Below, one piece after another: positions 17,491-25,703 of a stretch of DNA of 46,006 nucleotides (positions are counted from its first letter, which is position 1; each line of letters opens with the position of its first letter). The stretch covers positions 1 through 46,006 of the forward strand of contig CAVOAA010000002.1 in NCBI GenBank assembly GCA_963693555.1, in the 5' to 3' direction. The notes under the pieces were generated by a model. That model saw only the letters and a list, made by a program, of their open reading frames with translations. It was not told the DNA's origin and did not search any database. The position numbers and the translations under genes were made by a program. Source of the stretch: Dehalococcoidia bacterium. GTDB lineage: Bacteria > Chloroflexota > Dehalococcoidia > Lucifugimonadales > UBA3495.

Positions 17491-18591
17491 CTAGCTTCCG
17501 GTTTCTATGGCAGCAACGATCAGGTCACCCATCTCTACCGTCGAAACACGCTCGGTGCCCTCGGTCGCCGTGTCGGCGGTCCGGGCGCCCTGTTCCAATA
17601 CCTTGTCCACCGCCCTCTCGATGGCGGCGCCTTCCTCGGTCAGGCCAAGGGAATAGCGGACCATCAAACCCACGCTCAGTATGGAGCCTGTGGGGTTGGC
17701 GATGCCTTTACCCGCTATATCCGGCGCGGTACCGTGGATCGGCTCGTACAGCCCACCGGAACGTTGTCCTGCCACCGGCACTCCAGCCAGGCTGGCCGAC
17801 GGCAGCAATCCCATGGAAGCCGCCAACACGGAGGCTTCATCACTGAGGATGTCGCCGAATGTATTCTCCGCAACGATCACGTCGTAGCTGGCCGGCGCTT
17901 GGATCAACTGCATGGCACAGGCGTCCACCAGCACGTGTTCCAATTCTACGTCGGGGTATTCTAAGCCCAGTCTTGTGGCCACCGTGCGCCACAAACGTGA
18001 ACATTCCAGCACATTGGCCTTGTCAACGGAGGTCAACTTCTTGCGGCGTCCCCGCGCCAGTTCAAAGCCCACCCGCACCACCCGCTCTATCTCGCCCTCG
18101 GTGTAGCGCATGGTGTCCTCGGCTATGATGCCGTTGGGTGTCTCGCGCCTTCCTCTCGGCTCGGCATAATAGAGACCGCCCGTCAGCTCACGCACGACCA
18201 CCAGATCAACGCCCTCTATGATATGGGGTTTCAGAACACTGGACTCGGACAACCACGGGTAGACCTTGACTGGTCTGATGTTGGCGAATACGCCCATGTG
18301 GGCACGCATGTCCAACAAGCCCATCTCGGGCCTTACCTTGGCGTCGGGAGAGTCCCATTTGGGGCCACCGACAGCGCCGAAGAGCACAGCGTCGTTGGAG
18401 TCCAGAAGACCTCTGGTCTCGTCGGTCAGAGGAATCCCGTGCTTGTCGATGGATATCCCGCCGATATCGCCGTAACTAAGATTAAATTCATGGCCGAACG
18501 CCCGGCCCACCGCCTCGAGGACGCGGACGCCCTGGTCAGTAACTTCCGGGCCGATCCCGTCGCCACCCAATACGGCGATGTTGAACTCCAC
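17491..18591 (-). CDS. leuB: 3-isopropylmalate dehydrogenase
   Basis: The product contains [13 protein letters not shown]...[12 protein letters not shown]...ELTGGLYY...[14 protein letters not shown]...[21 protein letters not shown]. The GTG start has an AGGAGG 6 nt upstream. Confidence 0.95.
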   Translation of the reverse strand: MEFNIAVLGGDGIGPEVTDQGVRVLEAVGRAFGHEFNLSYGDIGGISIDKHGIPLTDETRGLLDSNDAVLFGAVGGPKWDSPDAKVRPEMGLLDMRAHMGVFANIRPVKVYPWLSESSVLKPHIIEGVDLVVVRELTGGLYYAEPRGRRETPNGIIAEDTMRYTEGEIERVVRVGFELARGRRKKLTSVDKANVLECSRLWRTVATRLGLEYPDVELEHVLVDACAMQLIQAPASYDVIVAENTFGDILSDEASVLAASMGLLPSASLAGVPVAGQRSGGLYEPIHGTAPDIAGKGIANPTGSILSVGLMVRYSLGLTEEGAAIERAVDKVLEQGARTADTATEGTERVSTVEMGDLIVAAIETGS

Positions 18592-18857
18592 TTGGTCCCT
18601 CCTGGATGTCTAAAACCGGATGCCAATATAGATTGAACCGGATATTGCCTGAAACGAAAATCCTCCGGCCCAAATCCCGCCACAGTATACCCATAAACAT
18701 GAGGACCATCAAACAGGACCTAAACCGAATCAACTGGCAGACCGGCTCCAGCCTGGCAATGAGGCCGATTTTGCTCTATCATCCCAGGGATTCCAACGGG
18801 AATCGGCCGGACGTCCGGCAATCGTTGATCAGGGTTTTTAGGCACGTGGTCCCAGGC

Positions 18858-20285
18858 ATGGATTTCAAACGATTTCTAAAAAACCTCCAAGACATCGTCG
18901 GTGAGCAGAACGTGGTCCACCACTCCGACGACCTGCTGGTCTTCGAGTACGACGGCTCGGTCGACCGCAGGGTGCCAGAAGCTGTGGTATTCCCCAAGAG
19001 CACCCAAGAGGTGAGCCGGGTTATCGCCCTGGCCCGCCGGAACAGGGTCCCAGTTGTCGGCCGTGGCACCGGTACCGGCCTCAGCGGCGGCGCCATCGCC
19101 CCTCCTGGCGGCATCCAAGTCGCCTTCACCCGCATGAACCGCATCCTGGAAGTGGACACCGACAACCGCATGGCCCTAGTCGAACCGGGCGTCATCAACC
19201 TGGACCTCGACACCCGCGTCCGCAAAGAGGGTCTCCGCTACGCCCCCGACCCCTCCAGCCAGAAAGCCTGCAGCCTGGGCGGTAACGTCGCCGAGAACTC
19301 GGGCGGGCCTCACTGCCTGGCCTACGGCACCACCACCAACCACGTATTGGGCATGGAAGTAGTGCTGGAAGACGGGTCGATCGTGAACCTTGGCAGCATG
19401 GCCCGAGAGACCACCGGCTACGACCTAAGGGGCGTGTTCACCGGGTCCGAGGGCACCTTCGGAATCGCCACCAAGATCGCTGTCCGGCTGCTGCCGGTGC
19501 CGGAAGCCGTGCGCACCTTCCTTGGCATCTTCCCGGACGTTGGTACTGCTTGCACCGCGGTATCGGCGGTGATCGAACACGGCATCGTGCCCGCCGCCCT
19601 GGAGATGATCGACGCCCTGACGATACAGGCGGTACAGAACGTCAGCGACGCCGGTTACCCGGACGACGCTGGGGCTGTTCTGCTCATCGAACTCGAGGGG
19701 CTGAGCGACGAAGTGGACGAGATCGGAAAAGAGGTTGAGGCCGCGCTCTGGGACACCGGCGCGACCGAGGTACGCACCGCCCAAGCAGCCGAGGAACGCC
19801 AGCAACTCTGGGTCGGCAGGAACGGCGCATTGGGCGCATTGGGCAGCATCGCCCCCAACTATTTCTTGGTCGACGGCGTGGTGCCCCGGACTCAGCTGGC
19901 ACAGGTCCTGGGACAGGTGGCCGAGGTCAGCCGGAAGTACGACATACCAATCGCCAATGTGTTTCACGCCGGCGACGGCAACCTCCATCCATGCCTGCTC
20001 TTCGATGAACGCAAGCCCGGCGCGTTGGAAAAGATCGTGGAGGCCGGGACCGCGGTATTGCAGATATGCGTTGATGCCGGAGGAACCCTGACCGGCGAAC
20101 ACGGCGTGGGCCTGGAAAAGAAAGAACAGATGCCCCTGGTGTTCTCGGAAGATGACATGGCCGCCATGATATTGGTCCGCGACGCTTTTGCGCCGGCCAA
20201 TAGCCTGAACCCCGGCAAGATCTTCCCCGACGGTACCAAGCCGCTCCCCCATGCCCATCCAGCCGCACCGGGAATGACCGTCTAG
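18858..20285 (+). CDS. glcD: Glycolate oxidase subunit GlcD (FAD-linked oxidase)
   Basis: The product begins MDFKRFLKNLQDIVGEQNVV... and contains VVGRGTGTGLSGGA...DPSSQKACSLGGNVAENSGGPHCLAYG. The ORF-track 5' extension (18606-18857) has no protein-like content. glcE and glcF follow. Confidence 0.9.
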   Translation: MDFKRFLKNLQDIVGEQNVVHHSDDLLVFEYDGSVDRRVPEAVVFPKSTQEVSRVIALARRNRVPVVGRGTGTGLSGGAIAPPGGIQVAFTRMNRILEVDTDNRMALVEPGVINLDLDTRVRKEGLRYAPDPSSQKACSLGGNVAENSGGPHCLAYGTTTNHVLGMEVVLEDGSIVNLGSMARETTGYDLRGVFTGSEGTFGIATKIAVRLLPVPEAVRTFLGIFPDVGTACTAVSAVIEHGIVPAALEMIDALTIQAVQNVSDAGYPDDAGAVLLIELEGLSDEVDEIGKEVEAALWDTGATEVRTAQAAEERQQLWVGRNGALGALGSIAPNYFLVDGVVPRTQLAQVLGQVAEVSRKYDIPIANVFHAGDGNLHPCLLFDERKPGALEKIVEAGTAVLQICVDAGGTLTGEHGVGLEKKEQMPLVFSEDDMAAMILVRDAFAPANSLNPGKIFPDGTKPLPHAHPAAPGMTV

Positions 20286-20355
20286 CGAACCGTACTCGGC
20301 CTACGGCCTCTGGCAACATCCGATTCAATAACATCCGATTCAATCAGGAGTACAT

Positions 20356-21726
20356 TTGGAGTCTTCTTTAGTCGACCGGCTTTCGCGTCTCCTAGGGGGT
20401 AGCGCGGTCTCACCTGGTGACGGGCACGAGATCGACGGCCTAACCCCGCAGGCAGTGGTGCGCCCGGTGGACCGGCTCCAGCTTTCCGAGGTCATCAGTT
20501 GGGCTTCTTCAGAACAGGTAAGCCTCCTGCCCAGAGGCGGCGGCACCCGCTCGGGCTTGGGCAACGTCCCAAGAACCGCCGACGTGGTGCTCGACCTGGG
20601 AGCGTTCAACCGCGTGTTGGACTACCAGCCTGCCGACATGACGGCAACGGTCGAGGCCGGCGTGACCCTGTCCTCACTGCAAGGACAACTGTCGTCCGGT
20701 GGAGAATTTGTTCCCCTCGAGTCAGCGATGGCCGACCGGTCAACCGTGGGCGGAATCCTGTCAGTCGGCGCTGGCGGGCCGCTGTCCCATACCTACGGTC
20801 TGCCCAGGGAATGGCTCATCGGCATCGGCGTGATGACCACCAAGGGCGTGTCCACCAAGGCCGGCGGCAAGGTGGTCAAGAATGTGACCGGCTATGACCT
20901 GAACAAGCTCTACACCGGCTCCCTGGGCACGCTGGGAGTGATCGTAGAGGCCTCGTTCAAGCTCTTGCCCCGTGACCCTCAGGCCGGGACGCTGATGGTG
21001 TCATTCCCATCCCTGGCCGCGTCCATCGCGGCAGGCCGGAAGTTGCTGCATTCGCCAGCTGCGCCGTTGGGGTTTCATGCAATCACCTCGGGCGTCTCCC
21101 GCCGTTTGCAAGACTCGGTCCAAGCCGCGTCTCAAGACCTGGGACTCAACGACGAGGAAACCGCACTGTCGTTCTCGTTCTTTGCCGGCCGCTCCCAAGC
21201 CACCCGGCGAAGATTGGATGAGGCGGCGGCCCTCCTGCTGGCGGAAGGCGCGATCGCAGTGCAGCGCATCGAAGGCGATTCAGCCAAGGGCATGCTGCGT
21301 TGGATCACCGATGTACCCGCCGAGATCAGCCCTGAATCCACGCTGGTCATGAAAGTGTCGGTCCAAGCCAAATCCGTGGCCCGTACCTCCGCTGAATGCG
21401 CCGACATTCTTCTGTTTGGAGAAGGCCCCGACCAGATGGCCGACCCCGGTTTCGGCACGGTCCGGCTGCACTGGCCCGAATCGCAAGACGGCCCAAATCG
21501 GAGCGCCGGGGTTGATCAGTCGATCCTGGACGCGGTACGCAAGATACGCCAGATCGCCCACCAATACGGCGGCTCAGCAGTGGTTGAGCATTGTCCTCTG
21601 TCGGCCAAGCGTCAGATGGACGTCTGGGGAGACCTGCCCGACAGCCTGGAGGTCATGCAGGCCATCAAGGAACGATTCGACCCCGGCGAGATCCTTAACC
21701 CCGGCCGGTTCTTGGGAGGTATCTAG
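20356..21726 (+). CDS. glcE: Glycolate oxidase FAD-binding subunit GlcE
   Basis: This is an FAD-binding PCMH-type domain (LLPRGGGTRSGLG...GGKVVKNVTGYDLNKLYTGSLGTLGVI) sitting between glcD and glcF. The TTG start has an AGGAG 5 nt upstream. Confidence 0.8.
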   Translation: MESSLVDRLSRLLGGSAVSPGDGHEIDGLTPQAVVRPVDRLQLSEVISWASSEQVSLLPRGGGTRSGLGNVPRTADVVLDLGAFNRVLDYQPADMTATVEAGVTLSSLQGQLSSGGEFVPLESAMADRSTVGGILSVGAGGPLSHTYGLPREWLIGIGVMTTKGVSTKAGGKVVKNVTGYDLNKLYTGSLGTLGVIVEASFKLLPRDPQAGTLMVSFPSLAASIAAGRKLLHSPAAPLGFHAITSGVSRRLQDSVQAASQDLGLNDEETALSFSFFAGRSQATRRRLDEAAALLLAEGAIAVQRIEGDSAKGMLRWITDVPAEISPESTLVMKVSVQAKSVARTSAECADILLFGEGPDQMADPGFGTVRLHWPESQDGPNRSAGVDQSILDAVRKIRQIAHQYGGSAVVEHCPLSAKRQMDVWGDLPDSLEVMQAIKERFDPGEILNPGRFLGGI

Positions 21727-23037
21727 GTGATCCAACTAAAGATCGGCAATACTGGCGGATTCTCCGGCCCAGACATCCCGGCAGAGTCTGATCTCTACCG
21801 CTGCGTCCACTGCGGGCTGTGCCTGGGCTCCTGCCCAACCTACGTGGAGACGTCGTTGGAGATGGAGTCGCCCCGGGGCCGCCTGGCCTTGATGAAGGCC
21901 GTGAACGAGGGCCGAGTAGCGATCACGCCCAGGATCGTCTCCCACTGGGAAGCGTGCTTGCAATGCCGTGCCTGCGAGGCGGTCTGCCCTTCCGGCGTGC
22001 CCTACGGCCGCATCATGGAACGCACCCGGGCGCAGGTCAGGGCTGCCGGTCTACAAGGCCGCGAACTGAAGCGGTTCGGCCGGTTCTTCTTGAACTCCGC
22101 TCTGCCCAATCCGAAAAATCTCAAGATGGGAGCGTACTTGATCCGCCTCTACCAGTGGTCGGGCATCCAGAAGCTGGTCCGTCTTTCGCACCTGCTCTAC
22201 CTGCTGCCCGGCGGCATCGGCCGGCTGGAGTCCCAGTTGCCGCCTCTGAGCAGACGGTTCTTCGGGCCATCGGACGATGTACGCCCAGCCCAGGGCGAAA
22301 AAAAGATGACCGTGGCGCTGCTCTCCGGCTGCGTCATGCCCCTGATGCAGGGCCCAACCATGGAGGCGACGGTACGGGTGCTAACCCGCAACGGTTGCGA
22401 TGTCATGGTCCCTAAGGGCCAGGGCTGCTGCGGGGCTTTGAACACGCATGCCGGCGACCTGGATAACGCCCGCGCCATGGCCCGGACGAATATCGACTCA
22501 CTGATGGCTGCCGGTGTTGAGCGGATCATCACATCTTCGGCCGGCTGCGGTTCCAGCATGAAAGAATACTCCGAGTTGTTGAAAGACGACCCGGAATACC
22601 ACGAGAAGGCCATTCGGTTCAGCGAGATGACCCAGGACGTAACCGAGTTTCTGGTGGGGCTGCCCTTCCAGCCCCCCACATCAACTGTCAACCGCCGAGT
22701 CACCTACCAGGACCCGTGCCACCTGGCCCACGCCCAGCGCATCACCGCCGCGCCGCGGACCATCCTGAATTCCATACCTGGCCTGGAGCTTGTGGAGATG
22801 GAGAATTCCACCCTCTGCTGCGGCGGCGCCGGTATCTATTCATCGGTCCAACCCGCTCTGTCCAAACGGCTGCTCAAGCGCAAGATGGACAGCATCAACG
22901 CCACCGACACTCAGGAAGTCATCACCGCCAATCCCGGCTGCATGCTCCAGGTAGAAATGGGCTTCAAATCCCAAGGAAAACGGGGGCGGGTAAGCCACGT
23001 GGTGGACATCCTAGATGAGGCATACGCGCTGGAATAG
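21727..23037 (+). CDS. glcF: Glycolate oxidase iron-sulfur subunit GlcF
   Basis: Two ferredoxin-type clusters (CVHCGLCLGSCPTY and CLQCRACEAVCPSGV) are followed by two cysteine-rich CCG-type regions (GCCG, LCCGGAG). The GTG start has a GGAGG 7 nt upstream. Confidence 0.85.
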   Translation: MIQLKIGNTGGFSGPDIPAESDLYRCVHCGLCLGSCPTYVETSLEMESPRGRLALMKAVNEGRVAITPRIVSHWEACLQCRACEAVCPSGVPYGRIMERTRAQVRAAGLQGRELKRFGRFFLNSALPNPKNLKMGAYLIRLYQWSGIQKLVRLSHLLYLLPGGIGRLESQLPPLSRRFFGPSDDVRPAQGEKKMTVALLSGCVMPLMQGPTMEATVRVLTRNGCDVMVPKGQGCCGALNTHAGDLDNARAMARTNIDSLMAAGVERIITSSAGCGSSMKEYSELLKDDPEYHEKAIRFSEMTQDVTEFLVGLPFQPPTSTVNRRVTYQDPCHLAHAQRITAAPRTILNSIPGLELVEMENSTLCCGGAGIYSSVQPALSKRLLKRKMDSINATDTQEVITANPGCMLQVEMGFKSQGKRGRVSHVVDILDEAYALE

Positions 23038-23066
23038 GCTCTGAACAAAACTTCCTCGGATTTGGC

Positions 23067-23201
23067 TTTCGCAGGAATGACGGCGGCGTCCCAGCCTAAG
23101 CTATCGTCATTCTGTCGAAGGCCCGAACCCAGGAGGGTTGGGTTAGCCAAGCACGGTTTTCCCAAAGCATTCTGGATTCCTGCCTACGCAGGAATGACGA
23201 T
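23067..23201. repeat. REP/MITE-like intergenic element of the AGMT/IPA-type family
   Basis: cgcaggaatgacg occurs directly twice (23070-23082 and 23187-23199). A near-inverted copy, cgtcattctg, lies at 23105-23114. An 8-bp hairpin attcctgc-ctac-gcaggaat lies at 23176-23195. The element translates to ...FAGMT...WIPAYAGMT... and, in reverse, VIPAKA.../RQNDD. These are signatures I recall from spurious ORFs over a widespread bacterial repeat. Confidence 0.5.
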
Positions 23202-23207
23202 AGAAAC

Positions 23208-23248
23208 AAAAGAAAGGGCCAGCTTAAAGCTGGCCCTTTCTTTTGTTT
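23208..23248. terminator. Bidirectional rho-independent terminator between glcF and the acyl-CoA dehydrogenase gene
   Basis: The stem agaaagggccagc / gctggccctttct is 13 bp or longer with the loop ttaaa. It is flanked by an A-run on the 5' side and a T-run on the 3' side. Confidence 0.75.
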
Positions 23249-23265
23249 GACCTAATTCTAAGAGA

Positions 23266-24441
23266 CTAGCCGCGAGGCAGGCCCAGGCCTCTTCCGGCGA
23301 TTATGTTTCGCTGGATCTCAGACGTCCCAGCCGCGATGGTGCCGGCAAAGGCGTTCATCCAGTGTTCCTGGACTCGGCCTTTCAGGGGCGCCCATTTCTC
23401 TTCCCGGACCAAGGTGCCGTACATGCCCAGTATCTCCAGTGCAGTTTCGGTAACCTTTTGCACCGTCTCACTGCCAAAGACCTTGCTCATGGACGCTTCC
23501 TTGGTGGGGATGAGGTCTTGGGACTGCATGTAGGCTACGTTGTAGGCCATCAGCCGGGCAACTTCGCACTCGATGTACCGGTCGGCCATCTGGGTGCGCA
23601 CCCAAGGAATCTCGATAAGCGGCACACCGTTGCGCTTGGTCTCGGTGGCGAACTCCTTGGTGTCGTCCAGCAACCGGCGCGCGGCGGCTGAATAGTCGAT
23701 GCCAGAGCGTTCGAAGTCCAGCAGGGTCACGGCCACGTACCAACCCCGGTCTTCTTCGCCAACCACGTTGGCCCTTGGTACGCGCACGTCGTCAAAAGTA
23801 ACCTGGTTGAACTCGTGCCCGCCGGCCATGTTGATGATGGGCTGGACCGACACTCCGGGACTCTTCATGTCCACCAGCACGAAGCTAATGCCACGGTGCT
23901 TGGGGGCGTCCGGGTCGGTGCGGGTCAGCAGCATGATCCAGTCGGCGCGGTGGGCCATGGTCGTCCAGACCTTGGCGCCGTTGATCACTAAGTCGTCGCC
24001 GTCACGCACGGCGCGGGTGCTAAGGGAGGCCAGGTCGGAGCCTGATTCCGGCTCGCTATAACCCTGGCACCATTGAATCTCGCCCTTGGCCACGGAAGGC
24101 AGGTGGGCCTTCTTCTGCTCCTCTGAGCCGTGAATCATCAGGGTCGGACCCAGCATGCGAACGCCAAAGATATCCCGTCCGGGGGCGCGCATGTAGGCAA
24201 TCTCTTCGTTGTAGATGGCAGACTTCACCGGAGACGCATTCTGGCCGCCGTATTCCTCCGGCCAGTGCATGGTGAGCCAGCCTTTTTCGGCCATCTTCTG
24301 GCGGATGACCCGGTTCAGGTCCCAGTCGTCGTCTTCGGGGTAACGGCCGGCGCCTTCCCATGGGTCGGGAAGCTCCGCCTTCATGAATGCCCGAAGTTCT
24401 CTCCGAAACTCTTCGTCTTCGGCAGTGAACTTGAACTCCAA
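23266..24441 (-). CDS. Acyl-CoA dehydrogenase family protein
   Basis: The 391-aa product has the ACAD N, M and C domain pattern (WCQGYSEPESGSDLASL...GTSEIQRNIIA). The TTG start has an AGGAGA 6 nt upstream. Confidence 0.9.
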   Translation of the reverse strand: MEFKFTAEDEEFRRELRAFMKAELPDPWEGAGRYPEDDDWDLNRVIRQKMAEKGWLTMHWPEEYGGQNASPVKSAIYNEEIAYMRAPGRDIFGVRMLGPTLMIHGSEEQKKAHLPSVAKGEIQWCQGYSEPESGSDLASLSTRAVRDGDDLVINGAKVWTTMAHRADWIMLLTRTDPDAPKHRGISFVLVDMKSPGVSVQPIINMAGGHEFNQVTFDDVRVPRANVVGEEDRGWYVAVTLLDFERSGIDYSAAARRLLDDTKEFATETKRNGVPLIEIPWVRTQMADRYIECEVARLMAYNVAYMQSQDLIPTKEASMSKVFGSETVQKVTETALEILGMYGTLVREEKWAPLKGRVQEHWMNAFAGTIAAGTSEIQRNIIAGRGLGLPRG

Positions 24442-24492
24442 AGTGTTTCTCCTATGCGCGTCCCCATCGGGACTTAAAGACTATTTGGTTTG

Positions 24493-24729
24493 CTAACTGC
24501 CTACCGCGACACAGGTGACTGTGCGCACGACGCCGGCCACGGTATGGATATGCCCGGTGACCAGATCGCCGACGACAGTCATATCTTCGCCGGAAACCAG
24601 TGCGATTATGTCGTAGGGGCCCGTGACCACGTCCACCGTGGTTATGCCCGGAAGATCACCCAGGGTATTGGCCACATCGCGAGTCTTTCCGACCGCGGTT
24701 TCGATCAATAGATATGCTTTTGTTGCCAT
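24493..24729 (-). CDS. Stand-alone Lrp/AsnC ligand-binding (RAM) domain protein
   Basis: The 78-aa product reads KAYLLIETAVGKTRDVANTLGDLPGITTVDVVTGPYDIIALV.... An AAGGGGGA ribosome-binding site is present. Confidence 0.75.
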   Translation of the reverse strand: MATKAYLLIETAVGKTRDVANTLGDLPGITTVDVVTGPYDIIALVSGEDMTVVGDLVTGHIHTVAGVVRTVTCVAVGS

Positions 24730-24877
24730 GGTTCCCCCTTATCGATACAGCCGGGATACAGTCGGGCGTTGGCCTCGCCGCGTATTGAACGTCATTCTAC
24801 GGCCCGGCTTCTAACGGTGTCAATTTGGCGGGAGGCGGCTCAGCGCCCAGCGCGATCCATCTATAACACGACCCGTC

Positions 24878-24883
24878 TATAAT
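24878..24883 (+). promoter_or_regulatory. Candidate -10 box (TATAAT) only 8 nt upstream of the rsmG ATG, implying a leaderless or near-leaderless mRNA
   Basis: The sequence is cgtcTATAATaggcccatATG. There is no Shine-Dalgarno sequence between the box and the ATG, and the -35 region (ATCCAT) is poor. Confidence 0.3.
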
Positions 24884-24891
24884 AGGCCCAT

Positions 24892-25629
24892 ATGCCTGAA
24901 CGAATGGAACTCTTAAGGGTGGGTGCTGCCCAACTGGATATCGCCCTATCCGAACAACAACTGGACCAGTTCGAGGTTTTTTTCCACGAATTGGCCGACT
25001 GGAACAAGCGGGCGAACCTAACCGCCATCATCGAATATGACGATGTCCAGATCAAGCACTTCGTGGACTCGTTGACAGTTTGCCTAACGGCGCGGCAGAT
25101 CTTGGAGTCGTCGGCTCAGACGCTGGTAAGAGTGATCGACGTGGGAGCCGGGGCCGGGCTGCCGGGACTAGCCCTGAAACTGGTCTACCCAGAGATAGAG
25201 CTTGCAATGGTGGAATCGGTGGCCAAGAAAACCGCGTTCATGGAACACATGGTGGAGAAGCTCGAGCTTGAGGGAGTCACCGTCCGCACCGGACGCTCTG
25301 AAGACCTGGCCCGGGAAAAGGGTTTTAGAGACGCTTTTGACCTGGTGGTGGTCAGGGCGCTGGCCAAGCTGCCCTTGCTGCTGGAGTTCAGCCTGCCGTT
25401 CTGCAAGACCGGGGGCCGGCTGGTGGCCCTGAAACACGGCGGAGATTGGTCGGAACAGGAATCCGCGGCCAATGCCCTCAAAGAGTTGGGCGGCCACATA
25501 GAGAGGGTTTCAACCGTGCTGGTGGACGGACTGACCGACGACCGGATCGTCATTTCCGTAGAGAAGACCAAGCCAACCCCGGCCCGCTACCCCCGGGCGG
25601 TTGGGATTCCAGGCAAGCGGCCTTTATAG
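24892..25629 (+). CDS. rsmG: 16S rRNA (guanine527-N7)-methyltransferase
   Basis: The product contains the SAM-binding VIDVGAGAGLPGLALK and the GidB-type N-terminal region (QLDQFEVFFHELADWNKRANLTAI...HFVDSL). Confidence 0.9.
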   Translation: MPERMELLRVGAAQLDIALSEQQLDQFEVFFHELADWNKRANLTAIIEYDDVQIKHFVDSLTVCLTARQILESSAQTLVRVIDVGAGAGLPGLALKLVYPEIELAMVESVAKKTAFMEHMVEKLELEGVTVRTGRSEDLAREKGFRDAFDLVVVRALAKLPLLLEFSLPFCKTGGRLVALKHGGDWSEQESAANALKELGGHIERVSTVLVDGLTDDRIVISVEKTKPTPARYPRAVGIPGKRPL

Positions 25630-25650
25630 CGAACAAGTTTGTGGGAACCC

Positions 25651-25682
25651 AAAAAAGGCCCGCCTTCCGGCGGGCCTTTTTT
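25651..25682. terminator. Bidirectional rho-independent terminator
   Basis: The sequence aaaaaaggcccgcc-ttcc-ggcgggcctttttt is a perfect GC-rich stem flanked by an A6 and a T6 run. It lies between the convergent rsmG and metalloprotease genes. Confidence 0.8.
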
Positions 25683-25703
25683 AATGATCCAGGTTATTCA
25701 GCT

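Noticed and set aside
22911-23250. ORFs 23062-23250(+) and 22911-23165(-) in the glcF-ACAD spacer.
   Set aside because: They are translations of the REP-like repeat (AGMT/IPA signatures) and the terminator, not genes.
24730-24891. A replication origin near rsmG (gidB), since gid genes often flank oriC.
   Set aside because: I found no cluster of DnaA-box-like 9-mers (TTATCCACA or its complement). No dnaA, dnaN or parAB genes are in the window either.
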